Under the pieces are notes generated by a model that was given only the letters and a program-made list of their open reading frames with translations, was not told where the DNA came from and did not search any database. Of a stretch of DNA of 64,000 bases, positions 40,001 to 49,900 are shown one piece after another. Every line of letters begins with the position of its first letter. The stretch's first letter is position 1. The DNA lies in assembly GCA_951406725.2 (NCBI GenBank), contig OX597816.1:119784001-119848000 (forward strand). The letters run 5' to 3'. This stretch comes from Octopus vulgaris (taxonomy: Eukaryota). The position numbers and the translations under genes were made by a program.

Positions 40001-43000
40001 TGGGACTACTACAAATTCCATTGCTAATAATTAGCTGTTGTTTAGTTACAGATCAGCCTTGATTGAGCTATGATCAAAAGAATTTCAACCATAACTTCCC
40101 TGTCTTTATATTTCATAGACAGTGTATTCAGAAGATTATCCAATGTGTTGTTCATTTCAAGAGTAGTAGAGTCAATTGAGAGAGCTTTGGCTGTTGTTTC
40201 TAGCAGACTGAACTACAGCAGAGCCTCCCTTTTTGATGCAGTAGTTGTTGATGTAAAATTTAGCACAAACTTGAAAATGAAAAGCCCTATCCAAATATAA
40301 ACTGTCTTTCTGTATGAGTGCATCTCATCTATTTTGCCATTGTTGCACAGGTCAGACGGATTTTCTATGGCTGGATGCCCTTCCTGTTGCCAACTTTCAC
40401 TTAATTCTAAGCTTGGTAGTATTTTCAGATGATCAGACATATTTTTCACAGAAGAGTAGAAATGAATGACATGCCATGATGTCAAAACATAAGGATCCAC
40501 ACATATACATATACACACACACACACACACATGGAGGGTTTCATTTCAATTTCCATCTTCCAAATCCATTCACAAAAGCTTTGGTCAGTCTAGTGTTGTA
40601 GTCAAATACATTTGTCCAAAGTGCTGCACAGTAGAACTGAATCTAAAACCACATAGCTAGGAAGTAAGCTTCTTAACCATACAGCTGTACCCTTGTGTTT
40701 CAAATGATGTGCTATTTGTACTATTAGTATTTCCCGCTTTCTCTTTTTTACGTGTGTAGTAACTTACTGATTTTATGCTGATAATTCATCATATTTTTGT
40801 TTCAATACATTCTTCTTTTGTATATGTGTGCATTACCATCTTTAAAAGGTAAGGAGATGGCTTAAAAGGACCAAGTCAAATATATCTCCTATCCCAACCA
40901 AATTGAAACCACAAACACTTACTGAAGAACGAAGAACAGTAGTACAGCAGCAAATAACTGACTGGAGAGAGATTCATTCAGTAAGTGAACACAATTTTTT
41001 AAATACATTAAGCTTTGTTTTTGTCTTTATGAAGTCTAGTCATGTAGTATATTATTCAGGTATCAGCAAATTAGCTTGGAAGTAAGAGCACATACTTGTG
41101 TTCTATTGAAGCAAAACTCTATATACCTTTCAGGAATAACAAGAGATGAGTGACAAGGCAAAATGTTTGCTGTACAGTTTGTGGAAAATTAACTTTCAAA
41201 TTTGATTTGTCCAGCATCAAAATCTTATCTAGTACATTTAGAACAAATTTAATCTTTTAAATAACAATACTAATAATTACTAGCTGGACCCGTGAAAAAT
41301 TCACAAAAAATATAATAAAAAATGTAAACATCTATAAATTGTGTGCAGGTGCCAAGAAAAATGTTTCTATATTGTGACAGTCAAAGGCAGTGAGTTGGTA
41401 GAATAGCTAGCACACTGTCGAAATGCTTAGCGGTATTTCGTCTGTCGCTACGTTCTGAGTTCAAATTCCGCCGGTCAACTTTGACTTTCATCCTTTCGGG
41501 GTCGATTAAATAAGTAGCAGTCAGGCACTGGGGGTCGATATAATCGACTTAATCCATTTGTCTGTCCTTGTTTGTCCTCTGTGTTTATCCCCTGTGGGTA
41601 GTAAAGAAATAGGTATTTCGTCTGTCTTTACAATTCTGAGTTCAATTTCTGCTGAGTCTTTCATCCTTTGGGGGTCAATAAATTAAGTACCAGTTACATA
41701 CTGGAGTTGATTGGCCTTTAATTTATCAACTCCTGAAAAGATGAAAGGCGAAGTCGATCTTGGCGTTATTTGAACTCAAAACGTAAGGACAGACGAAATG
41801 CTGCTAAGCATTTTGACCAGCGTGCTAACATTTCTGCCAGCTTCCCACCTTAATAATAGTAATGTAGTATTTTCTGAAGGGTTTATGTTTTTCTTTTCCT
41901 AGAAAAAACTGGGTTCCTTTGAAGAGCAGAAACGTCTTCATCAGAAAGCTAGTGAGCTTCTGCAGCAGTTCTACAACAGCCTACAAGCATCCCGGAAACG
42001 ATTACTACACAATAAAGCTTTGCTTGCTAGACTAGATGTAGATTCAGAGTCTTTAATCAGTGAGTATCACCTATTAACACTGCTGGATTCATTACATTAG
42101 CATATACTATTCTTCTGATCAACTAAGCGTCATAGTACAAAACCTTTTTTTCTCCCATATGAAAACATAGCAAGTGAGGCTCAATTATTTCACCTAAGTC
42201 ATCTTAGATTTTTAATCAAAAGAAAAATAGGATTAACTCCCTTTGTTTTATTTTCTTGATAATCGAAGGGAAAGGGATCCACCAGTCTAAATATAAAATT
42301 ATTTCTATGAAATATGTCTGGTTACATGATTAGGACAAAATTCAAAACCATAATTTTTAGACAACCTGTCCTTAACTACTATGTTAAATCGTTAACCTTT
42401 GTTTTATTGCTAGACCTAAAAAAAAGAAAATTATCTTTCAGTGACTTACAGCTGGAGGACAATAATTGCTCTAAAGAAAAAAAAATGGTTTGACATGAAG
42501 TGATAAGTCCAAGAGGACTGCACGAAGTTCTAGTGTCTACTTTGACATGGATTAATGCTCTTCCTAATATCGGCCACTTTACTGAATGAACTGAGTTTTT
42601 TGTGGCTTCAGCACCATTTAGGCCACCAATAACTCACACAAGATTTCATTGGTGCTGGAACCACATTGCTAAAATCTGGTAGCTTTATGCTTTCAAGTAC
42701 AAGTGAAATGACAACTTCTTTACTTGAAAAACAAGGATTATTACAAGAATGGCACCAAGCTATAAAACAAACTGTCATGACTTCTACTCAATAAACACTG
42801 ACCTAAGCCTTCATCTTTAGAAATACATTCCACTGAAACTTATTAAACATTAACCATATACTCTTAGTGAACCTTTTATGCACATTCGTAAACAAATCGT
42901 TAACCTTTGTTTTATTGCTAGACCTAAAAAAGAAAATTGTCAGTTGTAATAATCAGGTTTAAAATATTATCCACGTTGAATTATGTCTGTTAACATTGGT

Positions 43001-43287
43001 GAATCTAATTAGCTAAAGGAATGTTTCAATGTGTACTACTCATTTAATCTACTTCAAGCTTTAAAATCTCTTACGTTACAGATGCACCAAAACTTGAATC
43101 AGTAACAGAAAAAGATATTGACATTTACTCCAGTCCTTCACTGCCTATATCAACAAAGGCTAAAATTGCACATAAAAAGGCACTGAAAAAAATAGCTGCA
43201 CCTTGGTGGCAGAAATTGGAAGATTCTGATGAAGAAGAGGATATTGCACTAAATGACACCTCTGACTGTGAAGTACAAAACTTGTAG
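17341..43287 (+). CDS. IQCB1: IQ calmodulin-binding motif-containing protein 1 (nephrocystin-5), 14 coding exons, 596 aa
   Basis: join(17341-17476,21558-21717,24325-24442,27281-27380,31356-31455,32454-32549,33166-33240,33836-33944,35812-35921,37387-37529,38810-38958,40849-40980,41903-42059,43082-43287). All introns are GT-AG, phases are consistent, total 1791 nt. Motifs DYRVDGGWTT, LDEIIYKL, YKGLR, IQSAWRGY, IQKNWRGY, IIIQRA and APWWQKL match recalled vertebrate IQCB1 (DYSRIQGGWTT, LDEVIFKL, YKGLR, IQAYWKGF, IQKHWRGY, APWWKKL). Confidence 0.95.
17566..17629. repeat. (TA)n microsatellite in IQCB1 intron 1
   Basis: Direct reading. Confidence 0.95.
18062..18075. promoter_or_regulatory. RFX X-box-like element GTTACCATAGTAGC (reverse: GCTACTATGGTAAC)
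   Basis: Fits the degenerate X-box RYYNYYATRRNRAC; lies in a CpG-retaining, non-repeat patch of intron 1 of a ciliary gene. Confidence 0.5.
18504..18678 (+). mobile_element. RTE 3'-tail copy, local family C
   Basis: AAGCACCCACTACACTC...GGCGTTAGGAAGGGCATCCAGCTGTAGAAAC...GACGTTAAACGATGATG; matches the 3' end of 44098-44830. Confidence 0.85.
18825..19985. mobile_element. Decayed RTE (Expander/Rex3-like) RT, in two oppositely oriented pieces
   Basis: + strand ~19465-19985: ITPIFKK..YRGISLLS..DEQCGF..TDQIFTLQ..FVDLKSA..IKSLY. - strand ~19320-18825: GTKLKPFNVGVGL..IFADNMVLL..LQH..GMRI..KYL..DVRI. Confidence 0.75.
20016..21529. mobile_element. Pile-up of about 7 family D SINE copies in IQCB1 intron 1
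   Basis: Repeated head/core blocks in both orientations, with visible TSDs. Confidence 0.85.
21558..21717 (+). CDS. IQCB1: IQCB1 coding exon 2 (YLDDEQLHTKEYPAIKKLLWKYKFFQAILVFLKRDYRVDGGWTTAAKLSRLL)
   Basis: ttacAG acceptor, AG|GTAAAA donor, GGWTT motif. Confidence 0.93.
21733..23305 (-). mobile_element. Family B SINE copies (~21733-22150 and ~22855-23305) in IQCB1 intron 2
   Basis: TTTTACTTGTTTCAGTCAT tail and GGGACTGAACCC head on the minus strand. Confidence 0.8.
22620..22837. mobile_element. Mariner-type MITE
   Basis: TIRs GGTGCTGAAAAGCTCCTGGCT / AGTCAGGAACTTTTCAGCAC. Confidence 0.7.
23612..24055 (-). mobile_element. RTE 3'UTR/tail copy (family C) with internal tandem subrepeats
   Basis: Reverse complement of ~44340-44830, including GATGGTGCTTTTTACGTGCCAC repeats. 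Confidence 0.85.
24325..24442 (+). CDS. IQCB1: IQCB1 coding exon 3 (QICTGVDFADSVEFKDDCLPTADRNMLMLAVRIHDDLME)
   Basis: tttctAG acceptor, GAG|GTAGGT donor, phase 2 to 0. Confidence 0.9.
24573..24990 (+). mobile_element. Near full-length family B SINE
   Basis: Head GGTGCAGATGTGACTGTGTGGTAAG, internal (GT)n, tail ATGACTGAAACAAGTAAA. Confidence 0.85.
26852..27168 (-). mobile_element. Family B SINE, low divergence
   Basis: Very similar to 36591-36982. Confidence 0.85.
27281..27380 (+). CDS. IQCB1: IQCB1 coding exon 4 (SSLNARDVLINDFRTVLDALIYLTSGYAFLVKP)
   Basis: tttacAG acceptor, CAG|GTAAGG donor, phase 0 to 1. Confidence 0.9.
27581..28340 (-). mobile_element. Decayed DD37D (maT-type) Tc1/mariner transposase
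   Basis: KHPVNIMVFG..VMPPFIFP..LNTEAYIKYLEEVV..WQ*DSAPCHTS..WPPNSPDFNSLDYYVW..IEANGDLIE*; 37 positions between DSAP and LDYY. Confidence 0.85.
30221..30718. mobile_element. Fold-back element: two inverted ~245 bp Penelope/retrozyme-like units, each with a decayed type I hammerhead motif
   Basis: Arms ~30221-30464 and ~30477-30718 are reverse complements. CTGANGA...GAAAC-NNNN-GTH cores at 30368-30263 (-) and 30571-30676 (+), each followed by AATAAA. Confidence 0.7.
30769..31003. mobile_element. Tc1/mariner MITE inserted in (TA)n
   Basis: ~37-bp TIRs CAGAGTTGGCCAAAAGTCACCCAACAGTAAATCAAAA and its reverse complement. Confidence 0.85.
31356..31455 (+). CDS. IQCB1: IQCB1 coding exon 5 (VLTDENLLKLLMTDDVVIGTEIINLIRTILRLN)
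   Basis: tttcAG acceptor, TG|GTATGG donor, phase 1 to 2. Confidence 0.9.
32454..32549 (+). CDS. IQCB1: IQCB1 coding exon 6 (WHVLKQLDSKIIHTFLDEIIYKLSVYTEPKIQ)
   Basis: ttcccAG acceptor, AT|GTAAGT donor, LDEIIYKL motif. Confidence 0.92.
33166..33240 (+). CDS. IQCB1: IQCB1 coding exon 7 (IASCNCILEFCEHYPALIDLLCTKY)
   Basis: (CTT)n-tacAG acceptor, AA|GTAAGT donor, phase 2 to 2. Confidence 0.87.
33836..33944 (+). CDS. IQCB1: IQCB1 coding exon 8 (KGLRIILMKQAEKIHCRELKPLLVLLNAGSSERVQKQ)
   Basis: ttctAG acceptor, CAG|GTGAGA donor. Confidence 0.92.
34468..34720 (-). mobile_element. Mariner transposase 3' remnant
   Basis: FWKRGSASLPNRWKGIV*NEREYILD* resembles the mariner C-terminus. Confidence 0.6.
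34960..35358 (+). mobile_element. maT-like transposase remnant interrupted by a family D SINE (35095-35195)
   Basis: SSPDFNQLDYYIWD...GGFIE*; SINE flanked by 17-bp TSD GCTTCCAACCCCATATT (35078-35094 and 35196-35212). Confidence 0.7.
35812..35921 (+). CDS. IQCB1: IQCB1 coding exon 9, IQ motif (KHHQAVEKIQSAWRGYITRKKLKKANEAISKLQKCY)
   Basis: ttttAG acceptor, TT|GTAAGT donor, IQxxWRGxxxR motif. Confidence 0.95.
36591..36982 (-). mobile_element. Full-length family B SINE
   Basis: Minus-strand head AGGCGCAGGAGTGGCTG..GGTTCAGTCCCACTGCGTGGCA; complete body and tail. Confidence 0.9.
37387..37529 (+). CDS. IQCB1: IQCB1 coding exon 10, coiled coil (SRKETREKEQENLRELSQKNEQMQSFQLLKMRSFREKQLQKMELTPA)
   Basis: ttttAG acceptor, T|GTTAGT donor, phase 2 to 1. 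Confidence 0.92.
38810..38958 (+). CDS. IQCB1: IQCB1 coding exon 11, IQ motifs (YQILKYQAEEMENAAICIQKNWRGYRIRCQQSKFHTEYKQRRAAIIIQRA)
   Basis: atacAG acceptor, GCA|GTGAGT donor, IQKNWRGYRIR motif. Confidence 0.95.
40849..40980 (+). CDS. IQCB1: IQCB1 coding exon 12 (VRRWLKRTKSNISPIPTKLKPQTLTEERRTVVQQQITDWREIHS)
   Basis: Weak acceptor ctttaaaAG, TCA|GTAAGT donor, phase 0 to 0; LTEERR resembles vertebrate LTDARR. Confidence 0.85.
41385..41850. mobile_element. Family D SINE copies in opposite orientations
   Basis: + copy from ~41385 and - copy ending ~41850. Confidence 0.8.
41903..42059 (+). CDS. IQCB1: IQCB1 coding exon 13 (KKLGSFEEQKRLHQKASELLQQFYNSLQASRKRLLHNKALLARLDVDSESLI)
   Basis: ttcctAG acceptor, A|GTGAGT donor. 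Confidence 0.92.
43082..43287 (+). CDS. IQCB1: IQCB1 terminal coding exon 14 (NAPKLESVTEKDIDIYSSPSLPISTKAKIAHKKALKKIAAPWWQKLEDSDEEEDIALNDTSDCEVQNL*)
   Basis: ttacAG acceptor, APWWQKL motif, TAG at 43285-43287. Confidence 0.94.
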
Positions 43288-43587
43288 AAATAAGTTGAAA
43301 AGTAAATGTTTGGTTCCATAAACAGTTACATCCTGCTGTCAGTTTCCCAGTTCTTATAGGAAAGACTAGCTTTGGATGGTACATAAGCTATCATACTCTA
43401 AATTTCCTATTCCACAAGAGAGGGAAACGTGCATAATCTACTATAAACCTGAAACAGAAAGCTAAAATTGAAGACTCGCAATATGTCAAGTGAATTCAAG
43501 TCCGAATGAGGAGCTGTTTCAGACATTTTGAAATGACATTTCATTAGTTGTCACATACCCTACCTTGTAGTCTTTATTGTGAAAGAC

Positions 43588-43593
43588 AATAAA
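43588..43593 (+). terminator. Candidate IQCB1 polyadenylation signal AATAAA
   Basis: First AATAAA noticed ~300 nt after the stop; another near 43708. Confidence 0.45.
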
Positions 43594-44097
43594 GCGATAC
43601 AAATTTTATACATCACAACCTTAATATATTCATTGCTCATTTGGACAGACATTTAAATATATTTAAGCACATATGAAAGAAATAACTGTACCAGTGGACT
43701 ACTGAAAAATAAAAGGTGAGAAGCAATCACTTTTTTTTTCTTTCTTTCAATCAAAGGATTGCATTCATTAGCTGAATTAAATTCAATACTAACATTGAAT
43801 AATCATAATGCTCTTCTGGTAACCATAATCAAATTCTGTGACCAATATCTCCTTGAACACTCAATGTAGACAGAGAACACTTAGTGACAAATGCCTGCTG
43901 TACTGCCAGATATTGTTGAAAATCAGTATTGCATATGATATTGAGTATTTCCTAAAGTTGGATAAAAAAAAATAGTAAGAGGATGAAGAATGACGTGTTT
44001 TATTATATGAACTGTTGTTCAGTTCAAATGACATTTGTTGCATATTTTTCTTCAGTAACTTTTACTTTATTTTCCCTAACTCTTTAGCCTTCAGATT

Positions 44098-44830
44098 AGC
44101 GGTTGAGGGAACCTGTGGAAGAGGCAGACCCAGGAAAACCTGGGACGAGGTGGTGAAGCACGACCTTCAAACTTTAGGTCTCACTGAGGAAATTACTAGA
44201 GACTGAGACCTCTGGAAGTATGCTGTGCGTGAGAAGACCCGGCAGGACAAGTGAGACCATAACCCGTGGCCTTCTACATGGGATGTAGCCAGTCCACTTA
44301 TGCATACCTTCCCTTCTTGGGACAGAAAACTCTATTTGTGAAGACCTGTTGAGGCAAGTGAGAATCAGAATCGAAATCGATCAATAGAAATTGCAGCTGA
44401 GTTACCATTGCCGGTGGCACGTAAGAGAACTATCCGAACGTGGTCGTTGCCAGCTCCGCCCCGACTGGCCTCATGCCAGTGGCACGTAAAAAGCACCATC
44501 CGTTCGTGGCCATTGCCAGCCTCGCCTGGCCCCCGTGCCAATGGCACATAAAAAGCACCATCCGATTGTGGCCGTTGCCAGCTTCGTCTGGTCTCCGTGC
44601 CAGTGGCACGTAAAAAGCACCCACTATACACACACACACAGATATATATATATATATATATATAAGCACCCACTACACTCACAGAGTGGTTGGCGTTAGG
44701 AAGGGCATCCAGCTGTAGAAACACTGCCAGATAAGACTGGAGCCTGGTGCAGCCTTCTGGCTTCCCAGACCCCAGGTGAACCATCCAACCCATGCTAGCA
44801 TGGAAAGCAGACGCTAAACAATGATGATTA
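44098..44830 (+). mobile_element. 5'-truncated RTE LINE (ORF end + 3'UTR) nested in a piggyBac-like MITE (~44075-44985)
   Basis: AVEGTCGRGRPRKTWDEVVKHDLQTLGL..DLWKYAVREKTRQDK*, 3'UTR subrepeats and (TGA)n tail; flanks match the 61346-61566 MITE. Confidence 0.85.
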
Positions 44831-46120
44831 CTGTCAAATGTTATATTTCTTCCAGGTTTTGAATTAATCATGCATTATCTCATAACTTGTGAGATTTTAG
44901 TAATTTGTCTGTATACTTATAGGATATAATAGAGTAAATGTGAGCGGCCAGAATGAACATAAACAAGGATATGCTAAAGGATTAATATTTCCCCTTGGAC
45001 CTCTTTTAGTAGGGGACAAATTACTATGCACTTTAAAAAGTTGAATTCAGTAGAAAAGTTTCAGGCTGAAGTTAAATTTTATATTATATACTCAGTGATG
45101 TAGCTTTTAAGAGAACAACGGCACTTGTGTTATGAGCTGTTCTGAAGAATGACTTGAATGGATGACCAAGGATAATGAAGTAGTTTACAAAAACATTCTT
45201 CTACTTCATAGTCGTAAATAACAATATTGGAGCATATTAAAAATATGACTGAATAGTTTCACTGACGATATCTGGTAAAATTAAAACATGTCACCGTCCG
45301 AGCAAAAATCAAATTTTTCCACTAACATTTGAATATGATTTCGTTCAGTACATCAGTTAGTTTAGACATTGGCTTAAGAATTATTCCCCTTAGTTCAATG
45401 ACGCAAATTTATGCTACTCCTCTCTTATGTTCCAAGAACACTGAAACATGTCCATTACTATCACCAGCTACACTGGCATCAGATTTCTCCCTTCAACATG
45501 GAAATTCTCAATTTCTTGAAATAACTTCCTATCTTTTTATGGATTACTTGTAAACAATTCTTTTCCCTTTCTCCAAGAGTAAATTTTGGAGGTTATGTTA
45601 TTCAGTTCAGAACAGCAACCATATTTAAATACTAACAGTAGTTTTAAGCCAACAGAATTTCAATTTAGTAAACACCTTGCGTCAATAAAACTTAGTTATT
45701 TATACTTTGTGTTGTATGACCAACAGAATGAATTTTTATAAGTTTCCAACAGACCATTCTGTTCACTGCATATTTCCAATAGCCAATGATATGGAAATGT
45801 TAATATACTTCAAAGTGGAATAAAATACAAGAGTACATTGCTTCAACAGCAATTTTCCTCCTTGATGTAAACAGACACAACCTACAAGCATCCATACAAC
45901 TTCAGTAGTCAGGATAGAAGACACTTGCCTATGATGCCATACAATAGGTCAATGTGAACATTGTGAAACAAACTTCTTAACAACAAAACCAAGTGTGCAC
46001 AAGATTAATCAGAAGAAACAAAACATCTTTACAAGTCTTTCTCAAAGGGTGTGTAGCTTACTTTTGTATGTGTGAATGCATACTAAATTTGTTCATAATG
46101 AGGCACATTTTTTTTAAATT

Positions 46121-46330
46121 CAAGAAGAAATCCTCTTGCGAGCGTGACCTAGGCATCACTGTCAGCAGTGATTTGCGTTGGACAAAGCATATCTCTAAAA
46201 TTGTCAAAACGCATACCCTCCATCAGACACCTACCATATTCTGAGCGCCTTGTTTCCCTGGGCATGGATTCACTGAAGCTCCGGCGTCTGGCAACGGACT
46301 TGGTAAACACCCACAAGGTTATCAATACAC
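46121..46330 (+). mobile_element. CR1/L2-type LINE remnant, internally deleted
   Basis: KKSSCERDLGITVSSDLRWTKHISKIVK joined to IPSIRHLPYSERLVSLGMDSLKLRRLATDL. Confidence 0.75.
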
Positions 46331-46964
46331 TTTAGATGAGTTGTAGTGCACCTGAGCACTACACAATTATTATTATTATTAGTATGAAACGAAAAAAGAA
46401 GCTTGTAAAACTGCTTTATACAAATCATTTGCTTCATTTCTTCGAAACAAATCAGACCTACTGCCTGTGGAGGAATCATGTTACTTGGTTTTTTTCAAAC
46501 ATCATATTCTAACTAGCCTTGAATCTCCATTGCAAAATATTTAAATATTTTCAATATAGATGCATGAATAACCATATGGTTAATAAGCTTGTTTGGCATT
46601 GACAAGGTATCTTGTACATGACCAGACAGAAACCAGTCGGACTGTAGCTGTTCTTGACTGATAAACAACAATTTATCATCTTGTCTGACACCAGACCTCA
46701 GTTGTATTATCAAGTGAAACATTGTTGCCCCAAAGATCAGGATAAATCATGGTTTCTTGCTCCCACTAATCACAGGGGCTTTGCCAAAGGTTGTGGACAA
46801 TACCCTTCATATTTCTTAAAACACTGTTAAAAAAATATTTTAATATGCTTTAGAGAGATCTATAAACAGGGAAAATCTTTCTAACTTAATTACTTGCAGT
46901 AGCCATAGACGATTTCATCAGTGTCTCCAATTTTGTTCAATAGTTAAGGTATACTCTATACAAT

Positions 46965-49900
46965 ATATGAAACAAATGCTAGCTATTTATTGAACACATT
47001 ACAACAGCAGATAATATTTTTGTATTAGCTCTCTGAAAAAAATACAGGTAAATTTATAGCTATTAATATAATTTTTTTTTTTTTTGGTTTCTATCACAGG
47101 AAATGCTTATAAATTTTAATAAAAAATACGAATCTCCAAGACATAATCTCTCACACACACAATATAAACATTAGCATACATATTTTATATATATATGTAT
47201 GTATGTGTGCAAACACATTATCAAATGAGACAAAAAAAAAAAAACTTTAAAAGAAATTTAAGAAATTGGACTCAAAGCATGTCAACTCTCATATTCTCAA
47301 AACTAGCAGTACAACTGATGAAATTAACTTTTTTTATAAATAAAAATACTGAAAGAAAGAAAAAAGGTAATTTTTCAGTATGTTGTGAGGGGTGAATATA
47401 TGGCTTATATCAATGAGCAGTTAAATTATAATTTCATAATACATGACAAATCTGAGACTGTATCACTTAGCTGTACTAAAAAGTTTAAAATCATGCGAGG
47501 ACCAAAACTAGACTTATGATGCTGTTTCTGGTTCCAATAAAGTGCAGCAAAATTGGCTTGCCTAATGTGTATTTTATTTGGGGGAAAAATATATATATAC
47601 CTGACTGATTTTAAAGCTTCCTTTTTAAACCTACTATTTAAAATAGCTAAAAAAAAACCCAATTATGGATGAAATAAATCATTAAAGATTTATAAGCTCT
47701 GAAATTTTCACACTGTTATTTTTTTTTACAAATTAGATACTAAAAAGTATTGCAACAGGTCATTGTATAATAAAAATTCTACTAAAACTGATGCTGTATG
47801 ACAAATAGAAATTTCATATTACATAAAACTACCTAAGAAGCAGAATACCAAACCAAAATGACTGACTAGTCTGTGACAACAGCATTAACAACTGACGTTA
47901 GTATTGTCTAAATGGGAAATTGCTGCACTTGCATTTTAGTCAACTTATTTACATTTCAATCAAGACTGCTAGGGGTTTTTTTTTTTTTGAAATTTTTATA
48001 TATAACTAAACAAAGTATTGGTTGTAACATTTATAAATATTAATTCCATATATTTCCAAAATTATAGCAATGAGAATGAGACACTATCAGAGACTAAAAC
48101 ATAATAGTTTCAAATTTTGGCACAAGGCCAGCAGTTTTTGGGGGAGGAAGGAGGTTACATTGACACTAGTACTTGGCTGGTACTTATTTTGTTAATCTCA
48201 AAAGAATGAAAGGTAAAGTCGACCATGGTGGAATTTGAACTCAGAATGTAAAGATAGGCAAAATGACAGAGTTTTGTCTGGTATAGTTCTGCCAGTTCGC
48301 TGCCTTATTAGAACACAAAAGAAATTTACTGACTGCTGGAAACCAACTTTTAGTATAGTGAATCAAGAGGAAAAAAAAAATCAATAGCTTAAAATTAAGC
48401 TCTTTAACGCTATAACAACAAATTGAAAATACCTAGTTATAACAAAGTTATTGGTTTTCTCAAAAGTATGGTATGCTTCTATATTGCCAAAGATAAAATA
48501 TTTCAGAATGTTAATATATAGAGATTGACTATTCTAATTAAGCCTGTCTTTACACTGAATATTTTCTTTTAAAATTTACTAACTGTACTGTGGATGCTAC
48601 ACTATTCCAACATCAACTAAGAATTTATCAGACCAAGAGCTCAATGAACTGAGTTTTATACATACACACACACACACACAGAATTTCAAATAAGATGTAC
48701 ACATTTTAGTTTATCAATAAAAAAAATTAAATCAAAACCATCATAAACATGTATGGTAACAAGAAACATTTGATCTAACACATTAAAACTTGCTTTGGAA
48801 AGGGTTATTTCTACTTGCAGTACTGTCCGTTTGATTCAATTAAGAATTAATTACTACCTAACCAAACAGTAACAGCTGTCAAAGATGAAAATATAAAAAC
48901 AAGCACTCATAACAGCTAATGTATAGTCTGGATATAAAAGTTCTAATTAGAAATTTTTTTTTAAAGTTCAACTCATTTTAGATCATTTAGCCAGTTTGAC
49001 AACATCTCATCAATTTTTATATGAAGCCCATAAACATTCAAATCTTGATAACCTCGCATAATTTTCTTCTACTTTAACTGCAAGAGAAATTCAACCCAGC
49101 TTTTGAGTGCATAATCCTGTATGTATATATATATACACACATATATATATGTACACATGAAATAAAAAGTAGCACATCAACAATAAACTTGTAGCTATAC
49201 ACTATGCAAATAACTTTTTATTATTATTAAAAGGAAAAGATAATGATTAAATGTTATTTTATTATGTTATAATATGAAATGCTTATAATGTGTTATATAA
49301 TTTGTTATTAAAAAAAATAATTAAAAGCAGACACTAAAGCTGCTTTTAATTACAACTTTGATTTCTGTTAAAAACTTACTTGGCAGCTGGAACAAGGGGC
49401 AGGTAATTTCTCCCACAAGCTGGCTAAGGGGTTAATAATTATTTAAATTAATTGGTAGAGAGATGATAAAAGTGAGAGTTCATTTTTAGAAAATATGTTC
49501 CCTTAAAAGATATGTCAGGGAAAAATAGATAAAAATAAGAGTCATATTGTATCATCCAAAAATTACCTCTTAAAATAATTCATCCTGTGCAAGATATTTA
49601 TGTTGTCTATTTACTATTTCAAAATAAAAATGTAGATTAACAAGAGAATTCATTCAAATATTTGATAGAACCTCCAGTCATAGTCATTGTTTTTCTTTGG
49701 ACAAAAACACTAAGGCAATAATACAAAAATATTTTCAAACATTCTGGTTAAATATTCAGCTCCCATAGGAAGGAAATCTAATTGGTTTTCAAAAATCTAC
49801 TAGTAAGGCCTATAAAGTGCTTGCTGCCCAAAACCATTAGTTGCAACTAATAAGAAATGTGCATTTCCAAGAATGCAGTGAAGAAAATATCTAAAATGCA

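Noticed and set aside
44400-44625. Regularly spaced GTGGCACGTAAAAAGCACC repeats resembling a CRISPR array (also 23770-23970)
   Set aside because: The 'spacers' are similar to each other, the unit is part of a LINE 3'UTR, the DNA is eukaryotic and there are no cas genes.
44365-44871. 168-aa ORF, the longest in the track
   Set aside because: Antisense to the RTE 3'UTR with tandem subrepeats and a microsatellite; no protein features.
49148-49155. Pumilio element TGTACATA in the putative TFDP1 UTR
   Set aside because: A single hit next to a (TA)n tract in AT-rich sequence is expected by chance.
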